NCBI GenBank assembly: GCA_036278875.1 | Contig: DASUKF010000030.1 | Span: forward strand, 1 to 60,765 | Direction of reading: 5' to 3' | DNA: 60,765 nucleotides | Source of the DNA: Candidatus Saccharimonadales bacterium | GTDB lineage: Bacteria > Patescibacteriota > Saccharimonadia > Saccharimonadales > 2-12-FULL-41-12 | Shown: positions 30,046-38,018 of the stretch, in pieces | Numbering within the stretch: position 1 is the first letter of the stretch | Layout: every line of letters begins with the position of its first letter | Translations under genes and position numbers: made by a program | The notes under the pieces: generated by a model | The model's input: only the letters and a program-made list of their open reading frames with translations | Databases searched by the model: none | Told to the model about the DNA's origin: nothing

Positions 30046-30146
30046 TACAAACATTGTTCATAAATGAATCCGGGTTATTGCCGTTTTACTCGATTTCATT
30101 CCCGACAATCGAGATTACAAACTAAATAACAAAGGATTCTTTTTTT

Positions 30147-31364
30147 ATGCCTTATAACAGAAAAATGGGGCTGCGCTCACCTCGTAGTGCCACCCGGACC
30201 CGTTCATTCGGACCAAAAACCTACAATAATAACCGCTACAACACCGGCAGAAGACCCCGCGGGCAATATATAGACCCGGCCAAGTTCGTGCGTAGTGCTA
30301 AGCCGGTTGAAGCCGAGCGATACTCCCCCACGCACAATTTTGCTGATTTTGAAATTGACGCGCTGATAAAAACCAACTTAAGAGCCAAAGGCTATGAAAT
30401 ACCCTCGCCCATCCAGGACCAGACTATACCGTTGGCACTGACGGGCAATGATATTATCGGTATTGCTAACACGGGAACCGGCAAAACGGCTGCCTTCGCG
30501 GTACCTATACTTAACAAGTTAATTAATGAGCGCGATCAGCGTGCGCTTATCATCGCCCCTACCCGCGAGCTGGCACAGCAGATAGAAGAAGAATGCCGGT
30601 CTATCGCAAAGGGCTGCGGCCTTTCAGGAACGGTACTAATAGGCGGAACAAATATGGGCGGCCAGTTGCGCGATCTGCGTTTTAATCCCCGAGTCGTAAT
30701 CGGTACGCCGGGACGTATAAAAGACCATATAGAGCGCGGAAGCCTCAAGCTGGAACGATTTAATACCGTCGTATTGGACGAAGTAGACCGAATGCTGGAT
30801 ATGGGCTTTGTTAATGATGTACGTTATATACTAAGCCACCTCAGTAATCCAAGACAATCCTTTTTCTTCTCGGCTACGGTAGACAGCAAGATAAACAACC
30901 TTATTCAAACATTTTCCAGCGACCCTAAGACCGTCACGGTCAAGACCGGGCAGACAAGCGACAATGTCAATCAGAATATCGTCAAATATCAAGCCTCCTC
31001 TGACAAGATGGACAAATTACACAACATCCTAAACAGCCAGGATGTAGAAAAGACCATCGTCTTTGAAGAAACTAAACGTAGCGTAGAACGCTTGAGCAAG
31101 GAGTTAGTCGCAAGAGGCTTCTCAGCTGACGCCATACATGGCGGCAAAACCCAGGGCCAGCGCCAGCGTGCACTGAAACGTTTTAAAAACAGCGAGATTA
31201 ACATACTGGTTGCTACCGACGTAGCCGCCCGGGGCATTGACGTTGCTGATATAACTCACGTAATTAACTACAGCACGCCGCAAACTTATGATGATTACGT
31301 GCACCGTATCGGACGGGCCGGACGGGCCGGACGTGTCGGCCACGCCCTGACATTTGTCCAATAG
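30147..31364 (+). CDS. DEAD-box ATP-dependent RNA helicase
   Basis: Motif I ANTGTGKTAAF, motif II DEVD, motif III SAT, motif VI HRIGRAGRAGR. Arg-rich N-terminal extension. 405 aa. Confidence 0.9.
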   Translation: MPYNRKMGLRSPRSATRTRSFGPKTYNNNRYNTGRRPRGQYIDPAKFVRSAKPVEAERYSPTHNFADFEIDALIKTNLRAKGYEIPSPIQDQTIPLALTGNDIIGIANTGTGKTAAFAVPILNKLINERDQRALIIAPTRELAQQIEEECRSIAKGCGLSGTVLIGGTNMGGQLRDLRFNPRVVIGTPGRIKDHIERGSLKLERFNTVVLDEVDRMLDMGFVNDVRYILSHLSNPRQSFFFSATVDSKINNLIQTFSSDPKTVTVKTGQTSDNVNQNIVKYQASSDKMDKLHNILNSQDVEKTIVFEETKRSVERLSKELVARGFSADAIHGGKTQGQRQRALKRFKNSEINILVATDVAARGIDVADITHVINYSTPQTYDDYVHRIGRAGRAGRVGHALTFVQ

Positions 31365-31377
31365 AATAGCTCGTAAT

Positions 31378-31839
31378 TTATTCTGACTCTACAAGTTTGG
31401 CCAGCCTGTCCAGACCGATTGTTGCGCCGTGTTCCATGCCGCTGCCAACCATACCTTCCAGCTGGCTTATATCCTGATATTTTGAAACCGTTATTACTTT
31501 TGTCCGGCCATTGTCTTGAGGCTCAAGGTACACGGTTTCCAGCATGATGTTGCCGGCATACGGTTCGTATTCGAAAGTGCGTGCTAGTTTCTTCGGCTCC
31601 TCAATATCCGTAAATTCTCCGCGGAAGGCGTGTTCTTTGCCGTCCTGTCCCTGGCTAACAAAGCGCCAGGCCCCGCCAACCTTGAATTCATATTTATCTA
31701 CATCGGTGTCACTCCACCACTGGACGATTTCCTTCGGATCGGTATAAGCCTTCCAAAGCCGCTCCTGTGAAGCGTTGAAAATCCTCGTTATCCTGACTTC
31801 CAGCTTATCTTTATTTATTTCAAACTTAGTATCCGCCAT
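31378..31839 (-). CDS. SRPBCC/AHSA1-domain protein
   Basis: ITRIFNASQERLWKAYTDPKEIVQWW is typical of the AHSA1/START-like fold. I place the start at ATG 31839 (MADTKF), which is preceded by AAGGAG; the ORF track extends to 31860. Confidence 0.75.
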   Translation of the reverse strand: MADTKFEINKDKLEVRITRIFNASQERLWKAYTDPKEIVQWWSDTDVDKYEFKVGGAWRFVSQGQDGKEHAFRGEFTDIEEPKKLARTFEYEPYAGNIMLETVYLEPQDNGRTKVITVSKYQDISQLEGMVGSGMEHGATIGLDRLAKLVESE

Positions 31840-32173
31840 TATTTTTCTCCTTACCCTCATTTAAATACTTATCCAGGGAATTTAAGCGGTCTTCCCAAAG
31901 ACTCCTGTAGAACTCCAAATACTCTTCCGCGCTGGCAAATGCCTTTGGTGCCAAATATACGACCTGTTCCTTCCCCCGCCTGCGCTTAGTTATTAACTTG
32001 GCCTTCTCCAAAACTTTCAAGTGCTTGGAGATAGCGGCAAAAGTTAAAGAATACGGCTCGGCTATCTCGCTTATGGACATTTCACCCCTGGCAATCCGTC
32101 TCAATATATCGCGGCGGGTAGAGTCAGCCAACGCTCCGAAGATAGAATCAAGTTGCATAGTATATTCAACCAT
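31826..32173 (-). CDS. ArsR/SmtB-family HTH transcriptional regulator
   Basis: IFGALADSTRRDILRRIARGEMSISEIAEPYSLTFAAISKHLKVLEKAKLI is the canonical ArsR wHTH. It is paired with an AHSA1 gene, a common arrangement. Confidence 0.85.
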   Translation of the reverse strand: MVEYTMQLDSIFGALADSTRRDILRRIARGEMSISEIAEPYSLTFAAISKHLKVLEKAKLITKRRRGKEQVVYLAPKAFASAEEYLEFYRSLWEDRLNSLDKYLNEGKEKNNGGY

Positions 32174-32301
32174 ATAGTTGAATGATAATTTATTAAATAA
32201 CCTGTGTCAAGGGAAATCAGACTGGCAGCCATTCCGGCTTTTACGCATGTCTCGTAAAAAAGTTTACAGCTACAAACCGCGTGTTCTATAAGTATTGATG
32301 T

Positions 32302-32745
32302 ATGAATATAACCAGCAGTGCATTCAAGCATAACGGAACTATTCCATCCAAGTACGGCCGCGTCTATGATGATATCAACCCGCCGCTTGCCTTCACCGGT
32401 ATACCGTCCGATGCCGAAAGCCTGGTCCTGATAGTCGATGACCCCGATGCCCCAGGCGGAACTTTCACCCACTGGCTGATATATAACATCCCGGCGGCCG
32501 AAGTAAATCTGGGCGAAGATGAGATACCCGCCGAGTCCATGGAAGGAATCAACGGTTACGGCGAAAAAGGTTACGGCGGGCCGAAGCCTCCTTCCGGCAC
32601 GCACAGATATTTTTTCAAACTCTATGCCCTGGATGACGAGCTTGATCTTCCGGAAGGCGTGAAAAGCGACGAGCTGGAAGAAGCTATAGAAGGACATGTC
32701 ATAACCAGCGCCGAACTTGTGGGCAACTATCCAGCTATCAGATAA
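32302..32745 (+). CDS. YbhB/YbcL-family PEBP (Raf kinase inhibitor-like) protein
   Basis: DDPDAPGGTFTHW and GPKPPSGTHRYFFKLYALD motifs. 147 aa. Confidence 0.88.
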   Translation: MNITSSAFKHNGTIPSKYGRVYDDINPPLAFTGIPSDAESLVLIVDDPDAPGGTFTHWLIYNIPAAEVNLGEDEIPAESMEGINGYGEKGYGGPKPPSGTHRYFFKLYALDDELDLPEGVKSDELEEAIEGHVITSAELVGNYPAIR

Positions 32746-32773
32746 TGTCCTGCGAATGTTCTATAATTAAACT

Positions 32774-33025
32774 ATGGCTAACCAAATCAAGATTTATAGC
32801 ACCAAGACCTGCGTCTACTGCCATATGCTAAAACAGTATCTGAAAAGCAAAGGTATAGATTACGAAGAAGTCCTGCTGGATGAACAGCCGGAAGAGATAC
32901 AGGCATCATTGGACACCTGTGGCTCCATGGGCGTACCCTGCACGCATATCAAGCTGGAAGACGGAACCGAGGCAAAGATACTGGGCTTTGACAAAACCCG
33001 TTTCGATCAAGTCCTGGGTTTATGA
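32774..33025 (+). CDS. Glutaredoxin/NrdH-like redoxin
   Basis: 83 aa. IKIYSTKTCVYCHMLKQYL carries a CxxC active site in a thioredoxin-fold context. Confidence 0.8.
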   Translation: MANQIKIYSTKTCVYCHMLKQYLKSKGIDYEEVLLDEQPEEIQASLDTCGSMGVPCTHIKLEDGTEAKILGFDKTRFDQVLGL

Positions 33026-33076
33026 ACCGTTACGCTCATGCTTGCAACCGGTACGTTTAACCCGGAAAATTAATAT

Positions 33077-34192
33077 ATGTCCGAATTGAACGTAGCAGTA
33101 ATGCCCGGTGACTACATTGGTCCGGAAATAATGGAAGCTACCTTGCCGACGGTGGAACGTGTCGCCGAAATAGGGGGTTTGGATGTAAAATTCGTCCGGC
33201 TGTCTATATCGCTCGAAGCTTACGAACAATGCGGTGAACATTTACCGGAATCTACCGTTGCTTCCGCCAAAGCTGCAGATGCCATATTGAAAGGACCGGT
33301 GGGAGGACCGCCGGATAGCAGACTGCCTGCACACCGGGATATAGAAGAAGAGGCGGTCATAGGGTTCAGAAAAAGACTGGGTCTTGATATAAACCTGCGC
33401 CCTATAAACACAAAGCTAAGCCTGATAATACCGGAGATATCTCCTATCAAAGAAGAATTTGTCAGTGATACGGACCTGATTGTTGTCAGAGACCTTTCCG
33501 GTGATGTTTATAACGGTCAATCCGGCGTCGATTCCAGTTCCGGAAAAGAAGTCTATTTTGAGAGAAACGATTACACCGAAGAACAAGTGGATAGAACCGT
33601 AGAGGCAGCAATCGAAATCGCAGAACTGCGCGGAGATAAGACTATTACATTGATGCATAAAAAGAACGTACTAAAAAATACCGGCGGTTTATGGTCCAGA
33701 AGATTCGCTCTTTTGGCAAGCGGCAGGGGTTTTGGGCTGAGATACAAACATTTTGATGATGGCGTGCAAACTATAATAGGCGATTCCGACGAACTGGAAA
33801 CCATAGTTACACCTAACCTCGTAGGCGATGTCATATCCGACGCCACGGCAAAATTGATGGGCTCCCTGGGCATGGGCGGAGCAGCCGAAGTAGGCGCGCA
33901 GATAACGGCCTACACGCCGATTCACGGGTCAGCTCCGTTCCTTGAGAGAGATACGGCTAACCCGTCCGGCATGCTTCTATCGGCAAGCATGATGTTTGAA
34001 GGCCTGGGACTAACCGGGCTTGCAGACATCACAAGACAAGCTCTGGGAAGAGTACTGGACGCCGGCTATCTAACCCCGGATCTTTACGCGAGAGCGAATC
34101 GCATGCGGCATATATCATTCAAACCGAAGCTCGTGGGAACTCAGAAATTCGGAGAATTAGTTCTTGCGGAAGTTGAAAAAACCGCCGCATAA
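33077..34192 (+). CDS. Isocitrate/isopropylmalate dehydrogenase-family oxidative decarboxylase (LeuB-like)
   Basis: NLVGDVISDATAKLMGSLGMGGAA and HGSAPFL...ANPSGMLLSASMM match the family signatures. Substrate not assignable. Confidence 0.75.
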   Translation: MSELNVAVMPGDYIGPEIMEATLPTVERVAEIGGLDVKFVRLSISLEAYEQCGEHLPESTVASAKAADAILKGPVGGPPDSRLPAHRDIEEEAVIGFRKRLGLDINLRPINTKLSLIIPEISPIKEEFVSDTDLIVVRDLSGDVYNGQSGVDSSSGKEVYFERNDYTEEQVDRTVEAAIEIAELRGDKTITLMHKKNVLKNTGGLWSRRFALLASGRGFGLRYKHFDDGVQTIIGDSDELETIVTPNLVGDVISDATAKLMGSLGMGGAAEVGAQITAYTPIHGSAPFLERDTANPSGMLLSASMMFEGLGLTGLADITRQALGRVLDAGYLTPDLYARANRMRHISFKPKLVGTQKFGELVLAEVEKTAA

Positions 34193-35014
34193 CTATAGAT
34201 GCTTGGAGTTCTTTTCTATATCTTCTGTCAGTTTTTCGTAAAGTTTTTTGAAGACAGGACCCTCTGCACCGGGTTTTTCTATATCATTTATCCGGCCTAA
34301 AGGCCGGAGGTAGCTGGCGCCACTGGTCAGGATTATTTCATCAGCTTCATCCAGTGCTTCTTTGGGTGCCAATATTTCTTCGACCTGATTATTCTTCATG
34401 ATATAAGCGCGCATCGTACCGGCCAGGATACCGGTGCTGAGCGGCGGGGTGTAAAGTTTGCCGTCCTTAACCCAGAAAATATTGGCACTCAGTGATTCCG
34501 CTATATATCCTTCAGGTGTCAGAAGTATGCCTTCAGTCGCAGTATCCAGACCGGCTGACCTTTGCTTATCGGTTCTCTCGCCTATATAATTTACCGATTT
34601 GACCCTGAAGCCTACTTCCCTGTAATATTCCGGGTCGTCCAGTTTGGTCTGATCTAAAACAACAGCCTTATAGGAACGAGGGGCAAAATGTCGTATGTAA
34701 CTCGCCTGAACGGTGGTGACAGGCTCGGAACCGCGTCCGGTAACCACGAAACGCACGAACGCATCTTCATCAGCAGGCAAATTGCCGCATAGCTCAGCTA
34801 TCCAGGCACTGTATTTCTGCCTTTCGTCATCCCAATCTATAGCCAATGCGCCCAGGCTTTTTTTCAGCCGTTCAAAATGTTCGTCAAATAAAAATACTTT
34901 ACCGTCATGGACACGGAAAGCTTCGTAAGCGCCGTTGCCTTGAGCAGGTACTAATTCCTCGCCGTCCGGATTAGGCTGTTCTACCCCGTCAATGCTGGCA
35001 CGCCTGATTTTCAC
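34193..35014 (-). CDS. Class IV (fold type IV) PLP aminotransferase (IlvE/Dat/PabC-like)
   Basis: EGILLTPEGYIAESLSANIFWVKDGKLYTPPLSTGILAGTMRAYI matches the class IV pattern. 273 aa. Confidence 0.75.
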   Translation of the reverse strand: MKIRRASIDGVEQPNPDGEELVPAQGNGAYEAFRVHDGKVFLFDEHFERLKKSLGALAIDWDDERQKYSAWIAELCGNLPADEDAFVRFVVTGRGSEPVTTVQASYIRHFAPRSYKAVVLDQTKLDDPEYYREVGFRVKSVNYIGERTDKQRSAGLDTATEGILLTPEGYIAESLSANIFWVKDGKLYTPPLSTGILAGTMRAYIMKNNQVEEILAPKEALDEADEIILTSGASYLRPLGRINDIEKPGAEGPVFKKLYEKLTEDIEKNSKHL

Positions 35015-35508
35015 TTCAAATAACCTTGCATCGTCCGGAGAGTTTCTATGAGTTGTCTCTGCTCTTCCCGGCTTATCCGTGCGAACATCGGAGCATGGTA
35101 TTCATTGAGTATATTGACTGCTTTTTCGGCGGTCGTAGCGCCTTTCTTGGTCAGAAAGACCAATCTGTCCCGGCGGCTGGATGTGCTTCTTCTGACCACC
35201 GCCAAGCCTTTTTCCTGCAGTACCTTTACCTGGCGGCTTACGCTGGGCTCGGTCTGGGCCAGGTTCGCAGCAATTATTTTTTGTCTTGCGCCGGCATCGC
35301 TTAACAGATAAAGAAGCACTCTGAACTGTGACAGGCCAATGCCGAGCCTGTCTAAAAGTACTTGATCGGATACTTTATCCAGGGCTGTCGAGACTTTATG
35401 TAACAGAGAGCCTATATCACTTTGCACATAAATAAGCGTAGCATACGACAGTCTGAGCCGACAGACACTTAACGTGTTAAGTTTATTTCTTTTAGCAGTT
35501 CGCCCCAC
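35011..35508 (-). CDS. MarR-family transcriptional regulator
   Basis: LSQFRVLLYLLSDAGARQKIIAANLAQTEPSVSRQVKVLQEKGLAVVRR is a MarR wHTH. The listed start is GTG 35508, overlapping rsmA by 40 nt; an internal GTG near 35427 may be the real start. Confidence 0.75.
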   Translation of the reverse strand: MGRTAKRNKLNTLSVCRLRLSYATLIYVQSDIGSLLHKVSTALDKVSDQVLLDRLGIGLSQFRVLLYLLSDAGARQKIIAANLAQTEPSVSRQVKVLQEKGLAVVRRSTSSRRDRLVFLTKKGATTAEKAVNILNEYHAPMFARISREEQRQLIETLRTMQGYLK

Positions 35509-36254
35509 TGCGGCAGTGAAAGTTCCTGCGGTCTTTGCTGAGCGTCTGTACCGGCCGCGGCGAGGATTTCCCTTACCTCTTGCTTGGACAGGCCCAAGCC
35601 TCCCGCCAGGGAATTTTCCAGTGTTTTGCGCCGGCTGGCGAAACCGGCTTTAACTAATCTGAAAAAGGTTTTATTATCCTTATCAGCTATGAGCGGCTCG
35701 CTTCTGCGCACCATATGAACCACTTGCGAGTCCACTTTGGGCGGTGGGATAAATTTTTCCGCGGGAACCACAGGCCCCAGGCTGCACTCGTAATAAACCT
35801 GCGCGCTTACACTAAGCAGGGACATGGCTCCCGGAGCGGCGCATATCCTTTCGGCTACTTCTTTTTGCACCAGCAAGGTTATGGAGCTGGCCGGATTCCT
35901 TGATTCGCTTAAGATCCGGATCAGGTTGCTTGTGAGGTAGTACGGTATGTTGGCAACGACTTTATAATCTGCAGGCAGCTGTCTGAGGTCGAATTTTAGT
36001 ATGTCCCGGTTAAAAACCTTTAAATTTTCGGATTTTATCCGATGCGGAAGCTCGGTTGCCAAAGTTTCGTCAAATTCCACTGCTGTCACTAAGGCGCCTT
36101 TGTCCAACAAAGCACTTGTGAGTGTGCCCTTGCCCGGGCCGACTTCCAAGACATTATTTCCGGGTCTGACATCTGCTAGTTCGCATATGGAATCGAGTAT
36201 CGGTCGGTCTGTAAGCCAATGCTGGCCTAAGCTTTTTTTCGGGGAAATGTTCAT
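35469..36254 (-). CDS. rsmA: 16S rRNA (adenine1518/1519-N6)-dimethyltransferase RsmA/KsgA
   Basis: PKKSLGQHWLTD and the SAM motif VLEVGPGKGTLT. NIPYYLTS. 261 aa. Confidence 0.9.
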   Translation of the reverse strand: MNISPKKSLGQHWLTDRPILDSICELADVRPGNNVLEVGPGKGTLTSALLDKGALVTAVEFDETLATELPHRIKSENLKVFNRDILKFDLRQLPADYKVVANIPYYLTSNLIRILSESRNPASSITLLVQKEVAERICAAPGAMSLLSVSAQVYYECSLGPVVPAEKFIPPPKVDSQVVHMVRRSEPLIADKDNKTFFRLVKAGFASRRKTLENSLAGGLGLSKQEVREILAAAGTDAQQRPQELSLPQWGELLKEINLTR

Positions 36255-36676
36255 AAATCTAAAAATTTCAGACCTATGGAGTCATCTAGCTTGCGTTCAA
36301 TCTTGCCCGAACCGAACCAGTCATGGATGAATACTTCGCAGGTGATTGAAACTTTCAATGATTTAACGTGCCCGCCAAACGCCTTTCCGTCCGCTCCTGC
36401 GAAAGTCCCGTGTAGATGAATCGCCGGTTTTTCCCCGTTCCAAGATATATTTCCCTGCAGATTCAGAATTTCCAGCTCCTGTGTGTATTTTTTGAATTTA
36501 TAACTCTTGGATTTCAAATCATAATAGCCGGCTTCCAGCTCATCGCAGGCACCGACCGCGAATATCCAGGCGCCTTTTACTTTTTCTTTCCCGGCAAAGT
36601 CTATAAGTCCGCTTACCAGCTCATCGCCTCTTTTAATTACCCCGAACCAGTTATACCCGTCAAACCTGTATTTCAT
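36251..36676 (-). CDS. PPC (DUF296) domain protein
   Basis: 141 aa. ...AWIFAVGACDELEAGYYD...LEILNLQGNISW...IHLHGTFAGADGKAFGGHV matches the PPC/DUF296 pattern (from memory). Confidence 0.55.
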   Translation of the reverse strand: MKYRFDGYNWFGVIKRGDELVSGLIDFAGKEKVKGAWIFAVGACDELEAGYYDLKSKSYKFKKYTQELEILNLQGNISWNGEKPAIHLHGTFAGADGKAFGGHVKSLKVSITCEVFIHDWFGSGKIERKLDDSIGLKFLDL

Positions 36677-36694
36677 AGACCTTATTCTAACAAA

Positions 36695-37918
36695 TTAACG
36701 GTATATGTCTTGTAAGCCTACGATAGATGCACAACCCCAGGGTTGCCATCCGCTGGCCAGGTAGGTGTCACGAGCCTTTTGATCTTGAACGTAGGGTGGA
36801 GCATCAGCAGGATCACGATAGCCTGCATAATTGTTCCAAGTTCCCCAAGCAAACTGATAAGCACCTCTGTAGCTTGGATTACTTTTATTGGCATAATTCC
36901 CGCCTGATTCGCAACCGCGAAGAGCGGCTAAAGCCGCATCAAACCCACCGCCAAAACCAGTGCTTTTCGTTCCCTCTATGACCACCCTGGTCTTCGGCTG
37001 TTTGACGATTACGCTCTGGATAATATTACGGCTGACTTCTTTATCATGTTTGAATATGACTTCGTAGGTAACTATGCGCTTGCCTGGTGCACCCGGGTCG
37101 ACAACTTTTATGGTGCCCGCATCAAGCGTGGCGTCATAGCTGGTATCGACAGGCGGAGCTACCGATTCTTCTTCATTGATGACCTGGCGGCCGTTGCGAA
37201 GCACAAGGACGCTCATACCCTTTCTTATGGGTGTGTCCGGTCCGGGTATGACCTTGTCTTTTTTCTTTAAATTTAGATGAATGCCTTTTTCTTGCAATAG
37301 CCCCCCGACCGTTTTTGCCTGTGTTCTAACACCTACCTTCTTGCCGTATAAATTCAGTTTGAGCGGCACCGCCCTGTCAATCGAAACCAGCTCGCCGATA
37401 ACATCGTCGTGAACGGCAGTGTCGGGTAAGGCTACCGTAACATTGTCTTCCGGATAGAGATTAAAGCCGGCTTTTTCGGCCAGATTTCTCGGCGTACTGG
37501 ATGCAATCCTGGTAGATACTTTCCTGCCATTGCTGTCTACGACAGTAACAGGTTTTGCGCGGTACACATTGATATGCAAGTCATCTTCGCGTATGGGGCT
37601 GTTGACTCCCGGCTCGACTATGTCCTGTTTGCTAAGCTGGATGCCAATGCGTTTTAGAAGCTCACCGACCGTAGGCGCACGTGTCGGCAAAGTCTTTTCC
37701 TGGCCATCAACATAGACCTGCACACGTTTTACATCCGCGCCTTCTACGGTCGTACCACCAAAGAAAAAGAAAACGAAGCCCGAAACAACACCGAGCACAA
37801 GAAAAGTAGCTAGCGGTACCAGCACCTGATGCCTGTGCACTTTGGGCGGCTTTACTTTCCTGACGCCAAGGAAAGTCTCTATCTCCGGTTGTTTTTTCTT
37901 CCTCTTGAAAATCTTCAT
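36695..37918 (-). CDS. RpfB-like muralytic protein (TM - DUF348 repeats - G5 - Rpf/transglycosylase-like domain)
   Basis: 407 aa with an N-terminal TM. Repeated V.V.VDG......T....TVGELL blocks (DUF348-like) and a G5-like segment. C-terminal CESGGNYANKSNPSYRGAYQFAWGTW ... WQPWGC resembles the Rpf catalytic domain. Confidence 0.7.
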   Translation of the reverse strand: MKIFKRKKKQPEIETFLGVRKVKPPKVHRHQVLVPLATFLVLGVVSGFVFFFFGGTTVEGADVKRVQVYVDGQEKTLPTRAPTVGELLKRIGIQLSKQDIVEPGVNSPIREDDLHINVYRAKPVTVVDSNGRKVSTRIASSTPRNLAEKAGFNLYPEDNVTVALPDTAVHDDVIGELVSIDRAVPLKLNLYGKKVGVRTQAKTVGGLLQEKGIHLNLKKKDKVIPGPDTPIRKGMSVLVLRNGRQVINEEESVAPPVDTSYDATLDAGTIKVVDPGAPGKRIVTYEVIFKHDKEVSRNIIQSVIVKQPKTRVVIEGTKSTGFGGGFDAALAALRGCESGGNYANKSNPSYRGAYQFAWGTWNNYAGYRDPADAPPYVQDQKARDTYLASGWQPWGCASIVGLQDIYR

Positions 37919-38018
37919 GAAAACAGGCTTTCAAAGCAGCTTTTCAAATGATTTTGGACGGGTTTAAGACACTTTAAAAGCCCTAAAATTATAACATAGA
38001 GCTATCTGTCGTATCAGG

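Noticed and set aside
32101-32697. 198-aa minus-strand ORF
   Set aside because: It is antisense to the PEBP (YbhB-like) gene, which has diagnostic motifs.
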